Shown: piece after piece, positions 9,273 through 18,655 of the stretch
Position numbering within the stretch: the first letter of the stretch is position 1
Layout of the letters: each line of letters opens with the position of its first letter
From: Nitrososphaerota archaeon
GTDB lineage: Archaea > Thermoproteota > EX4484-205 > JAAOZP01
DNA: 64,000 nt
Direction: 5' to 3'
Assembly: GCA_011605725.1 (NCBI GenBank)
Contig: JAAOZP010000014.1
Span: 76,141-140,140 of the forward strand
Program-made: the position numbers and the translations under genes
The notes under the pieces: model-generated
Database searches by the model: none
What the model was told of the DNA's origin: nothing
Seen by the model: the letters and a program-made list of their open reading frames with translations, nothing else

Positions 9273-10398
9273 ATGCTTATAGAGGAGAAGCTGGATCTCG
9301 GAAGACTCGTCACATTCGTGCCCAACAAGCATATTCCAATACATAATTGGTTTTTTCTATAAAGAAGGGTTTTCCCGCGACTTCGTAGTTCTTGTGAGTA
9401 GACGGCTGGGGCTTGGCGAAGACTCGTGGATGCTGGACCCGTTCTGCGGCGTCGGAACAACCCAGTTAACTGGAAAGGAGCTTGGGATAAATACTGTTGG
9501 CGTCGACGTGGCTGAGCTTCCTGTTTTCGTCTCCAGGGTTAAGACTGCCGACTATGATGTTGAGCAGCTCAGGAAGGTTTCTGAAAAAGTTTTCTCGGAA
9601 AAATTTAGAAGACCCAGCCTAGGTGGTTTAAGCAGGCTTGTTAGAAGAGCTTTTCCCAAGCATGTTTTAGAGGACATATTGTTCTTCAGAGAGATTGTTG
9701 AAAACATTGAGGATGAGACTGTGAGAAACTTCTTCAAACTCGGTTTAATAAGTGCTGCTATGAAAGCATCCTACGTCGTGAAGGACGGCGGCCTCCTTAG
9801 AATAGTTAAGGAGAGGAACATCCCGCCTTTCAGAAAGTTTTACAAGAACAGGATTAAGAGGATGATTAAGGATGTTGAAGCCTCCAGAATGCTTAACCCT
9901 AAGGTGTCAACTTTTAAGGCTGACTCGAGAAACCTATGGTTCTTGGAGGATGAAACGTTCGACGCGGTCGTTACTTCACCACCCTACTTGAACAAGATAG
10001 AGTACACCAGGGTTTACAGGGTTGAAAACGAGCTTTTCTTCAAGGGTTCCGAGCCCATGCTACGCTCATACATAGGTGACGCCGTTAGGCTGACGGAGGA
10101 TTCTGAAAACACCGGAAACACCCCGGCGATAGTTGAAGCCTATTTCCGAGACCTCCGCAGGGTTCTGTCCGAGCTTCACCGTGTTCTTAAAAAGAACGGG
10201 ATGGGTGTTTTCGTCATAGCTCAAGGAGTCTTTCCGACGGGCGTTGTAGAAACAGAGAGAATATTCGTTGAAATAGCTGGGGAAACCGGTTTTGAAACCG
10301 AGAGGCTCTGGCTAGTCAACAGGAGGGTTGCAACCAGAGACCGTGTCGTCAAGATTGGTTATGCAGACGAGTATGTTGTTTTCACACGTAAACTCTGA
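9273..10398 (+). pseudogene. Amino-DNA methyltransferase (N4-C/N6-A), frameshifted at a T6 run (9351-9356)
   Basis: ATG 9273 frame gives TFVPNKHIPIHNWF; removing one T continues FYKEGFSRDF into the 9394 ORF with DPFCGVGTT and TSPPY motifs. Confidence 0.8.
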
Positions 10399-10404
10399 AA
10401 AACT

Positions 10405-11418
10405 TTAAAGCCTGAAACTGGCCTCAATGCTTGGACGTATCGGTTGAGAATCGTAGCCCAGCCTCCTAAGCTCCCTTGAAAACTCTTCCGGGAAACCGTG
10501 GACTGTGAAAACCTTCTCCGGACAGGTTTTCCTAACGATTTCCACCAGGCCGTTGAAATCAGCATGATCGCTCAACGGGAAAGCCTTGTCAACGCCCAGC
10601 GCCTCGCTATACCAGTCGAAAATCGACCTGCCTGAGAAGCTTATGAAGACAGCACCATACTTCCTTTTAACAAGCTGCATGAAAGCATTTCTACCGGAGA
10701 CATTAGGATAGTATAGGGCCCAGGATCCCTCAGGCAGCTCTGGAGACTGGGGTGTGAAAACCTTCTTCCCACTTATCCCCATTGAGAAAAGCCTGTAAAC
10801 ATTGTTATACTCTGCTATAGATGGTGAAACATATGTTTCAACAACATCCTGGAGAACAGGGTCTAAAACCATTTGAACATGTTGAGACTTGCCAAGCGGG
10901 TATCCCATTAGAACTATGGGTCTGCCTCTTCTCACTGTTTCACTAACGTAGTCGACAATCTCGCCTATCAGCTGTCTTCTCGAGGGGAAAACCAGGCCGG
11001 GGCGACCATAGTTAGACTCTATTATGAGAGTATGAACCCTTGGGAAGCACGGTTCAGGTATGCCCTCAACCGGTGAAGTGTTAACATCTCCCGTGTAAAG
11101 AATCCCTCCCCTATCGGTTTCAACAAGCAGGGCTTTAGACCCTAAAATATGGCCTGAGTCCAGAAGGGTGAAAGGATTGTTCTCAACACGCTTAACTTCA
11201 AGCCCCCTGAGCGTGGAAAGAAGCAGAGTCTCCTCCGAGCATACTGCTGAGGCTTTCTTCGCGTCAGACCTGCCTAAATGGTCGAAGTGCGCGTGAGATA
11301 TGAAAAGATAGTTGAAAGACTCGTCTGAGCCTGTTTTCAGAAAAGCCTCTCCCCCTTTGAAGCAGAGGGTTGCGAAACGGTCAAGCTTAACTGAAAAACC
11401 CTTGAACGCTGCGGACAT
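10405..11418 (-). CDS. MBL-fold/beta-CASP nuclease
   Basis: SHAHFDH, SGHILGS, YTGD, LSDHADF, VHG. Confidence 0.85.
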   Translation of the reverse strand: MSAAFKGFSVKLDRFATLCFKGGEAFLKTGSDESFNYLFISHAHFDHLGRSDAKKASAVCSEETLLLSTLRGLEVKRVENNPFTLLDSGHILGSKALLVETDRGGILYTGDVNTSPVEGIPEPCFPRVHTLIIESNYGRPGLVFPSRRQLIGEIVDYVSETVRRGRPIVLMGYPLGKSQHVQMVLDPVLQDVVETYVSPSIAEYNNVYRLFSMGISGKKVFTPQSPELPEGSWALYYPNVSGRNAFMQLVKRKYGAVFISFSGRSIFDWYSEALGVDKAFPLSDHADFNGLVEIVRKTCPEKVFTVHGFPEEFSRELRRLGYDSQPIRPSIEASFRL

Positions 11419-11421
11419 TGG

Positions 11422-13056
11422 CTAGGTGAAAAACCTGTTTTCCCTCAGCTTAGCTAAAAACCGGCTTTCAAGCCTCTTAGCCGGCGGAACCCATTTCCTC
11501 CTTCTCTCCTCAAGCTCGTCTCTATCGACAAGCAGGTCCAGCCTTCTTTCCGGCACGTCTACAAGTATCTCGTCACCGTCCTCCACGAGCGCTATAGGTC
11601 CCCCCAAGTAGGCCTCTGGGGAAACATGGCCTATGGCAATTCCCTTCGTGCCCCCTGAGAATCTTCCGTCAGTAACCAGCGCAACCCTTTCAACAAGGTT
11701 CCTGCCAACTATTAGCGAGGTCGGCATCAGCATTTCACGCATACCGGGGCCGCCTAGAAGCCCCTCGTAGCGCACGACAACTACAGTGTCCACAGTGAAA
11801 TCCTCTTTCTCAAGCGCTTCAACAGCCTCCTCCTCAGAGTTGAAAACCCTAGCCCTGCCTCTGAACGTTCTAAGCTGAACAGGTGTTCCAGCAAGCTTAA
11901 TCACAGCGCCCTCCGGCGCCAAGGACCCCCATAGCACCGCTATGCCTCCTTCACCTCTATACGGGTTATCCGGAGAACGTATAAGCATGCCCCTTGGATC
12001 TGGAAACTCTTCAACAAGCTCCCGGAGACGCCTACCGGTAACAGTTAAAACATCCAGGTTAAGATATTTTTTAAGAGTCTTCATGAGCGAGGGGACTCCG
12101 CCCGCGTTGTAGAAGTCGATCATGAAGCTCTCGCCGGACGGCCTTATTAGAGCCAGCGTAGGTATCCTTCTGCTCAGCTCGTCGAAGGTCTTTAGAGGAA
12201 GCTCGTACCCAGCCTCCTTGGCTAGAGCGCTCAAGTGGAGAACAGTGTTGGTGGAGCCTCCGAGAGCATTATCAACAATTATAGCGTTAACAATGCTTTC
12301 AGGCTTAACAATATCCTTAAACCTTAAACCCTCCTTCCAGAGTTCCACTATTCGCCTTCCAGACTCGTATGCAAGAGTCTTCTTACCCTCGTCCTCAGCG
12401 TGAGTAGCAGCCATGCCGGGAAGCGATATGCCCATCGCCTCAACCAGGCAAGCCATAGTGTTAGCAGTGAAAAGGCCGGCGCAGCTTCCGGCGCCGGGGC
12501 AAGCAGCCTGTTCAAACTCCCTCAGTTCTTCAAGCGTAATCCTTCCCTCACGGTATTCCCCGAGCGCTTCGAAGACTGAAACCAAGTCAACCCTCCTGCC
12601 TTTGAACAACCCCGGATACATGGGTCCGCCTGTAACGAATATCGACGGAAGATTCAGCCTGGCTGCTGCCAGCAGGTGGCCGGGAACAATCTTGTCGCAT
12701 GAAGATATGAAAACCAGGGCGTCGAACACGTGTGCTGAAACCATTATTTCAACCGAGTCGGCTATGACTTCTCTGCTTGGGAGCGAGAACCTCATTCCAT
12801 CATGGTTCATCGCAATACCGTCGCAGACAGCGATCGTGTTGAAGATGAAAGGCACCCCGCCGCTGTCTCTAACACCCTTGGAAACGTTTTCCGCAAGCAC
12901 GTTGAGGTGAACATGTCCTGGGACAACGTTAGTGAAGGAGTTGACTACACCTATGAAAGGCTTTTCGAAGTCCTGGTTTCTCAAGCCTATGGCGTGAAGC
13001 AGAGACCTGTGCGGAGCCCTGTCCACACCTTTTTTTACAGCGTCGCTCCTCATCAA
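11422..13056 (-). CDS. ilvD: Dihydroxy-acid dehydratase
   Basis: CDGIAM, CDKIVPG, CAGLFTANTM, TDGRFSGGT. Confidence 0.95.
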   Translation of the reverse strand: MMRSDAVKKGVDRAPHRSLLHAIGLRNQDFEKPFIGVVNSFTNVVPGHVHLNVLAENVSKGVRDSGGVPFIFNTIAVCDGIAMNHDGMRFSLPSREVIADSVEIMVSAHVFDALVFISSCDKIVPGHLLAAARLNLPSIFVTGGPMYPGLFKGRRVDLVSVFEALGEYREGRITLEELREFEQAACPGAGSCAGLFTANTMACLVEAMGISLPGMAATHAEDEGKKTLAYESGRRIVELWKEGLRFKDIVKPESIVNAIIVDNALGGSTNTVLHLSALAKEAGYELPLKTFDELSRRIPTLALIRPSGESFMIDFYNAGGVPSLMKTLKKYLNLDVLTVTGRRLRELVEEFPDPRGMLIRSPDNPYRGEGGIAVLWGSLAPEGAVIKLAGTPVQLRTFRGRARVFNSEEEAVEALEKEDFTVDTVVVVRYEGLLGGPGMREMLMPTSLIVGRNLVERVALVTDGRFSGGTKGIAIGHVSPEAYLGGPIALVEDGDEILVDVPERRLDLLVDRDELEERRRKWVPPAKRLESRFLAKLRENRFFT

Positions 13057-13063
13057 GTCTTTT

Positions 13064-14047
13064 TCAACCGTACACCATCGACCTTATTTTCCTTCCAACA
13101 GTCTCTATCAAGTGGTTTCTCTCTCTTTCAACGAGAGTCTTCAGAACAACCTGGTTCGAACTGTTTTCAAGTATCCACTCTCTTGCGAAAACACCTGTCT
13201 GAACATCTTCAAGAAGCTTCCTCATCTTCCTCTTAACATCCTCATCTATAAGATAGGGGCCGCGCGTAAGACCGCCGTACTTAGCAGTATCGCTGACAGC
13301 CTGCCACATGCCGGATAAGCCTTTAGACCAGATCAGGTCGACGATAAGCTTAAGCTCGTTTAAAACTTCGAAGTAAGCCACCTCAGGCTGGTATCCTGCT
13401 TCCACAAGGATTTCGAAGCCGCTTTTAATAAGCGACGAGACTCCGCCGCATAGCACAGCCTGCTCTCCGAAAAGATCTGTCTCAACCTCCTCCTTGAACG
13501 AGGTTTCTATCAAGCCGATCCTGCTTAGCCCCACAGCCTTCCCCAGCTCCCTGACTATTCTTGAAGCATTACCCGTGTAATCCTGGTGGACAGCTATTAA
13601 GCCGGGGACCCCGGTTCCGCGAACATATGCTTCTCTTAAAGCAGGACCAGGCGCCTTGGGAGCCACGAGGACAACGTCGAGCCAGGGAGAAGGAACTATC
13701 TGCCTGTAGTGAATGTTGAAAGCATGCGCGAAAACAAGTGTTGAACCCTTAGAGATGTTCGGCTCAACATGATCCCTGTAGACAGCCGGTTGAGCAGGAT
13801 CAGGAATAAGCATTAGAATAATGCTGCTTTTTCTAACTGCCTCACTTATCTCGTAGACTTCGAAGCCGTCTTCAGAAGCCCTTCTCCAAGACGAGCCTTC
13901 TCTTCTCAAGCCTATTATCGTGTTAACACCGCTGTCTCTAATGTTCTTAGCCTGAGCCTCACCCTGGGAGCCATAGCCTATCACGGCGACAGTCTTATTC
14001 TTAATCAGCTCGATGCTTATTTCATCATCCCTTATTATCCTAGCCAT
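13064..14047 (-). CDS. ilvC: Ketol-acid reductoisomerase
   Basis: IGYGSQG, APKAPG, ETDLFGEQAVLCGG. Confidence 0.95.
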   Translation of the reverse strand: MARIIRDDEISIELIKNKTVAVIGYGSQGEAQAKNIRDSGVNTIIGLRREGSSWRRASEDGFEVYEISEAVRKSSIILMLIPDPAQPAVYRDHVEPNISKGSTLVFAHAFNIHYRQIVPSPWLDVVLVAPKAPGPALREAYVRGTGVPGLIAVHQDYTGNASRIVRELGKAVGLSRIGLIETSFKEEVETDLFGEQAVLCGGVSSLIKSGFEILVEAGYQPEVAYFEVLNELKLIVDLIWSKGLSGMWQAVSDTAKYGGLTRGPYLIDEDVKRKMRKLLEDVQTGVFAREWILENSSNQVVLKTLVERERNHLIETVGRKIRSMVYG

Positions 14048-14091
14048 CCTCAGTCACCCCTACTCCACGGCTACGTTTTCTTTTAAGCTTT

Positions 14092-14580
14092 TTACTTTCT
14101 GAAACGGTTCAAAGTGTGAATCATCACACCGCTCCTCGAGAAGCTTTCAACACGATCTTTAAACTCCTCCTTAAAGTCGTCGACAACCCTAGGGTCGGCG
14201 AGGAGCTCGACGAGAAGCCTGGAGCCGCTCAGCAAGGTTGTTCTAGCCCTATACCTGACCCTGATATAGTCGCTCACACTAGTGTCACAATCCTTCAGCA
14301 CAGCTACGAAAGCCTCCCTTATCACATCGTACTCGAGAGAACCTATCTTAACCTCGAAGACACATGGGTTTTTCTCAAGAACCTTAACTATGTTTTCAAA
14401 TTTCTCCTGAGGCAGGCTGAAGGTTAGAGATATCTCCGAGGTCTTCCCGTTCACCATGCCGACAGTTATCGTGTCAATGTTTATTGCTCTCCTCGCGAAT
14501 ATTGAGGCTATTCTCTCCATCACCCCAGGCATGTTGAGAACCCTGAGCACAACGAACCTCTTATTCTCGTCTGAAGCCAT
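14092..14580 (-). CDS. ilvH: Acetolactate synthase small (ACT) subunit
   Basis: NMPGVMERIASIFARRAINID ACT motif; operon position. Confidence 0.85.
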   Translation of the reverse strand: MASDENKRFVVLRVLNMPGVMERIASIFARRAINIDTITVGMVNGKTSEISLTFSLPQEKFENIVKVLEKNPCVFEVKIGSLEYDVIREAFVAVLKDCDTSVSDYIRVRYRARTTLLSGSRLLVELLADPRVVDDFKEEFKDRVESFSRSGVMIHTLNRFRK

Positions 14581-14588
14581 TTTCCACC

Positions 14589-16262
14589 CTACCTCCTTAC
14601 GATGACTCTGTCAAGCGGGGCAGCCGGGGGAACCATTGGGAAAACATTATCCTCTCTCGCGACAATCACGTCTAACACAGTTGTCTCATCCTGCTTTAAA
14701 GCGGTTTCAAGAGCGTTTTTAAGCTCGCTTATCCTCGTCACTTTAAACCCTTTAGCGCCGAAACCCTCTGAAACCCTAGCTATGTCAGCTCTGCCCTTCA
14801 AATCCACAGCCATATACCTCCTGCCGTAGAAAAGCTCCTGCCACTGTCTAACCATGCCCAGGAAATAATTGTTAAGAACCAAGACTATGATCGGCAGGTT
14901 ATAGTCTACTGAAACCGGAAGCTGGTTACAAGTCATGAAGAAGCTACCGTCTCCAGCTATGTCGAAAACACGGCTCTCCGGGAAGGCTGCTTTAACCCCG
15001 ATCGCAGCCGGAAGCCCGAAGCCCATTGTGCCAAGTCCGCCGGAGGATATGAATTGTCTCGGACGCTTAGCTGTAAAGTGGAGTGAAGCATACATCTGGC
15101 ACTGGCCTACCTCCGTCGTCACAAAGTCTTCAGCCTTAACATAGTCGTTCAGAACCCTTACGGCAGTACTTGGATCAACCGGAACAGCATCGTAATCGTA
15201 AAGGAACTCAGATTCCTTCTTGAGCTGTTTAACTCTTTCACCCCACGTAGCAGCCTTGCCCTTCTTGAAAAGCCTGAGAATCGTTTCGCGAATCCTGATT
15301 AAAACCTGCTTAGCGTCACCGGCGACGCCAAGGTCGGGCTTAAGCAGCTTCCCGATTTCAGACCTATCTATGTCAACATGTATCTTCCTCGCTCCCGGGG
15401 CGAAGCCGCTTAACTTACCAGTAGTCCTGTCGCTAAACCTCATGCCTACTGCAAGAATCAGGTCGCTCTCCTGAACAGCCTTGATCGCGCCTAGCTTCCC
15501 ATGCATTCCAACCATGCCTAGGGACAACGGATGGTCTTCAGGAATGCTTCCCTTGCCCATTAGAGTCGTCGCTACGGGAGCGTTTAGAAGCTCAGCAAGG
15601 GCGATAAGCTCGCTGGACGCGCCTGATATTATTACTCCGCCTCCAGCTATGATCACAGGCCTCTCAGCCTCAACCAGCATCTTTGAGACTGTTAGAATCT
15701 CCTCGTCGGAGGGAGAGGGAGGAGTATAAGAGTAGATGTAGAAATCGTCATCAGGCTCGCCCTCCATCAGCTGAACATCCCTAGGGACGTCGATGTGAAC
15801 AGGCCCAGGTCTTCCGGATAAGGCTATTTTAAAAGCGTTCTCAAGCGCAGAGTTAAGCTCGTTTAAGTCTCTAGGTAGAAAGTTCATCTTCGTCAACCCT
15901 ATCATCATCGAGAAAACATTAGCCTCCTGAAAACCGTCGTAACCTATGAGAGGCGTCGCAACCTGGCCGGCTATGCTTAAAACCGGCGAGGAATCCAAGT
16001 AGGCGTTGGCAATTCCTGTTGCAAGATTAGTGGCGCCAGGGCCGGATGTGGCGACGACAACGCCAATCCTGCCGGTTGCCCTAGCATACCCGTCAGCCAT
16101 GTGGGCAGCACCCTGCTCATGCCTCGCGAGAATGAACTCTATGTCGCCAGCCTTATAAAGCTCGTCTAGAAACGGGAGCACAGCCCCACCGGGTACTCCG
16201 AAGATGGTTTTAACCCCGTTCTCCCTCAGCTTCTCAACTAGTAGTCTAGACCCTGAAACCAT
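14589..16262 (-). CDS. ilvB: Acetolactate synthase large subunit
   Basis: RHEQGAAHMADGYAR, TSGPGATN, GDGSF...NN ThDP motif; ATG at 16262 follows a GAGGTG SD. Confidence 0.95.
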   Translation of the reverse strand: MVSGSRLLVEKLRENGVKTIFGVPGGAVLPFLDELYKAGDIEFILARHEQGAAHMADGYARATGRIGVVVATSGPGATNLATGIANAYLDSSPVLSIAGQVATPLIGYDGFQEANVFSMMIGLTKMNFLPRDLNELNSALENAFKIALSGRPGPVHIDVPRDVQLMEGEPDDDFYIYSYTPPSPSDEEILTVSKMLVEAERPVIIAGGGVIISGASSELIALAELLNAPVATTLMGKGSIPEDHPLSLGMVGMHGKLGAIKAVQESDLILAVGMRFSDRTTGKLSGFAPGARKIHVDIDRSEIGKLLKPDLGVAGDAKQVLIRIRETILRLFKKGKAATWGERVKQLKKESEFLYDYDAVPVDPSTAVRVLNDYVKAEDFVTTEVGQCQMYASLHFTAKRPRQFISSGGLGTMGFGLPAAIGVKAAFPESRVFDIAGDGSFFMTCNQLPVSVDYNLPIIVLVLNNYFLGMVRQWQELFYGRRYMAVDLKGRADIARVSEGFGAKGFKVTRISELKNALETALKQDETTVLDVIVAREDNVFPMVPPAAPLDRVIVRR

Positions 16263-16443
16263 TTGAAACACCTCTTGCAAACGGCTTTTTGAAAACCACT
16301 GTTTTCTCTAGCGGAGGCTGGGTTTGCAGCGGGACTCCTGCAGTTGGTGGACGGTGTCCCGCCCCCTTGGAGCGTGAATATTATGGTACACTCAGCGCAC
16401 CTCCTAAGCAGTGTGCCCATTGAGAGGCCTATATTAATCTTTC
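16263..16443 (-). promoter_or_regulatory. ilv operon promoter and structured 5' leader
   Basis: GAAAGA-TTAATATA (TATA at 16437-16430); motif shared with the leu leader. Confidence 0.7.
16308..16391 (-). CDS. Putative leader peptide (uORF) MYHNIHAPRGRDTVHQLQESRCKPSLR
   Basis: SD AGGAGGTG (16405-16398) 6 nt before GTG; aligns to the leu uORF; single internal Val at codon 14. Confidence 0.6.
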   Translation of the reverse strand: MYHNIHAPRGRDTVHQLQESRCKPSLR

Positions 16444-16456
16444 CCCCCTAAGCTGG

Positions 16457-17158
16457 CTAAATACCGTCGATACGAATATTCCTGGTTTCTACCGAGCAGG
16501 CATACAAGGCTAAGACGTAGAGCGGCAGGGAAACAAGCAGAACAACCAGTATCAATATACTGCGAAATCCAACAGTAAACTCTTTAAGAAAGAGCTGTTG
16601 ACCCTGCGGCTGGCTCGCCTCCTGGGTTATTAAGAAAGGAGATATCGTTACGCTGAAGATTATCACGCAGAGAAAAATGGCTGTAGTGTTCGCGAGCTTT
16701 CTTAAAACCTCCTTAGAAAGACCATATCCGACGGCTAGTGAGAAAAGCCAGTAACCATGCGTTGCCAATAGGAAATGAATCAAACCGTTAAAATCATTGA
16801 AGATAAGGGGAGATCGTAACACAGGTATTAAAACTATAAGTGTTTTAAGCTCTAGCAGGATGAGGGAAACAAGAGAATGCGCTAAAAACGGTATGTACTC
16901 AGACATGGCTGTGTAAATCTTTAGCTTAAAACCCTTGTTTAAAAATTCCATGCGCCAAATCTCAAGCTCAGAAAGGGTTGAGCAGAGAATTATAACTAAC
17001 CATACTGCTGGGAGTAAAGCGCGCACGCTAACAATAGGTTCGAAGGAACCAGGGCATAGTAGTGTATAGGCGGCTAATGCTACTGGGGCAAACTCCAGGG
17101 TCATGAAGAGCGGTGAAGTGAAGAAGAGCTTCAGCTCCCGGTCAACAAGGTTAGCCAA
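16457..17158 (-). CDS. Membrane protein, ABC-2 permease-like
   Basis: About 6 hydrophobic segments; directly downstream of an ABC ATPase-like gene. Confidence 0.55.
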   Translation of the reverse strand: MANLVDRELKLFFTSPLFMTLEFAPVALAAYTLLCPGSFEPIVSVRALLPAVWLVIILCSTLSELEIWRMEFLNKGFKLKIYTAMSEYIPFLAHSLVSLILLELKTLIVLIPVLRSPLIFNDFNGLIHFLLATHGYWLFSLAVGYGLSKEVLRKLANTTAIFLCVIIFSVTISPFLITQEASQPQGQQLFLKEFTVGFRSILILVVLLVSLPLYVLALYACSVETRNIRIDGI

Positions 17159-17164
17159 AACTCG

Positions 17165-18106
17165 TCACTCCTCCATAAACCTGTGGGCGGACTCAAGCAG
17201 GTGCTGCCTGCTGCTTACAATCTTGTTGATGGAAGCATTGTTCTTAACAAGGAACTCCAGAGTCCTCTGGATTTTCTCAGGAGTATTGTCAAACTCTATT
17301 ATTGCCTCCTTCTCACCGGTTGCGTACCAGCTTACACCGATTTTCTCAAGCATTTCAATATTGCTTTCAACGCTGAAGCCTGAAACATGTATGGAAAGCA
17401 TGCCGGGGCCGCTGACTCCGGTGATGAAGCTCTCCGTATGGTCTAACACGGCCTGCTGCCCATTGTGGAATATGGTTATCCTGTCGCAAACATCGTCCAG
17501 GAGCATGGGTATTGTTGAAAACACGACTATAGACTTACCCAAGTCCGTCGAAGTCTTTATGAAGTTACGCATGAAGGAGGCTACGTCGTAAGTTGCCCCC
17601 CTGAAAGGATCGTAGAGAAGCACCACTGCCGGATCATGGATGAATGTTGAGGCGAAGCATAGCTTCCTCCTGATGGAGAGGGAAAGCTTGGACCATTTAA
17701 CCCTTGAAACGTTAGCCGCTTCGAAAAGGGAAAGCAGCTCCTCAACTCTTTTAACAGCCTTATCCCTAGGCACTTTGTGCAAAGAGGCTGCTAGAAGAAA
17801 GTTTTCCATGACCGTCAAGTCTTCAACCAGGTTCATGGTGCACGAGTAAAAACCAACCCTCCTGCTGAAATCCCTCCTGCTGAACCTCGGGTTGTTAAAG
17901 TAGATTATGCTGCCTGAGGAAGGCCTGTCTAGGAGAAGCAGGAGTTTGAAAAGGCATTCAACCGGCTCAGTCCTGTTTGAAACAATCCCGAGTATTTCAG
18001 CATTATCCAGGACGAAGCTTACTTTCGAAAGCAACATATGCCCGTTTTTCTTGAAGGAGACGTCTGAAACCTTCAACGGGGCACCAACGGGCTCTGCGAG
18101 ACTCAA
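17165..18106 (-). CDS. ABC transporter ATP-binding-like protein with degenerate motifs
   Basis: LTVMENF and HDPAVVLL are recognisable, but Walker A, signature and Walker B are altered. Confidence 0.75.
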   Translation of the reverse strand: MSLAEPVGAPLKVSDVSFKKNGHMLLSKVSFVLDNAEILGIVSNRTEPVECLFKLLLLLDRPSSGSIIYFNNPRFSRRDFSRRVGFYSCTMNLVEDLTVMENFLLAASLHKVPRDKAVKRVEELLSLFEAANVSRVKWSKLSLSIRRKLCFASTFIHDPAVVLLYDPFRGATYDVASFMRNFIKTSTDLGKSIVVFSTIPMLLDDVCDRITIFHNGQQAVLDHTESFITGVSGPGMLSIHVSGFSVESNIEMLEKIGVSWYATGEKEAIIEFDNTPEKIQRTLEFLVKNNASINKIVSSRQHLLESAHRFMEE

Positions 18107-18449
18107 CCTTAAACATCCTCCTCACGGTGGAAGCTCATAACTCAAGATCACGAGCACACGGCTCAAAGGCCAGAGAATTCATCGTCTTCCACCGCGTTAA
18201 GAGTATCCGAAAACAGGAGCTTTTAAGCTTTCCGCAAAGGCTTGTAGAATAAAAAAGAACCTGTTCCCAGCATGAGACTACACGTTTTACCTGCCCTGAA
18301 GAATACGGGCGTGAGAGAAAACAGAGCCTGGGAAATGAGCATGCAGAGGCCTATTAATAACCCGGGTAAAAACGAGCATTGAGAAGGAACTGTTTAGGAT
18401 GGTTTAGGTTTAAAACTTTTATTAACCACCACCATCCATTGGTGAGACA

Positions 18450-18524
18450 GCGGCGCTGGTCTAACCTGGTTATGACACCAGCCCCCCAAGCTGGGAACTC
18501 CGGGTTCAAATCCCGGGCGCCGCA
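18450..18524 (+). tRNA. tRNA-Gly(CCC), atypical C33 and A15-U48
   Basis: Near-identical to tRNA-Gly(TCC); anticodon loop CCCCCAA; same promoter motif AAAACTTTTATTAACC. Confidence 0.92.
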
Positions 18525-18615
18525 TTTCAAAACGTTAAGCAGAATCAAGAGTCTTGAGCGCGCGTGGCTGAGGCCGTTAAGAATGTTGAAAAGCCTGGCT
18601 GGAATGTTTCCTTAG

Positions 18616-18639
18616 AAAAATAAGAAAAAAGAAAAAAAA
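18616..18639 (-). terminator. Oligo-T terminator of the thermosome gene
   Basis: Consecutive T-runs on the minus strand just after the stop codon. Confidence 0.6.
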
Positions 18640-18655
18640 GCTTGGTTTAAGTGTC

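Noticed and set aside
16238-16420. 60-aa ORF from the track (MGTLLRRC...) as the ilv leader peptide
   Set aside because: Its ATG lies only about 10 nt from the TATA box, has no SD and overlaps ilvB; the SD-led 16391-16308 frame is the one matching the leu leader.
18450-18620. Integrated element at either tRNA-Gly
   Set aside because: No integrase and no duplicated tRNA 3' end; the DNA between the two tRNAs is housekeeping.
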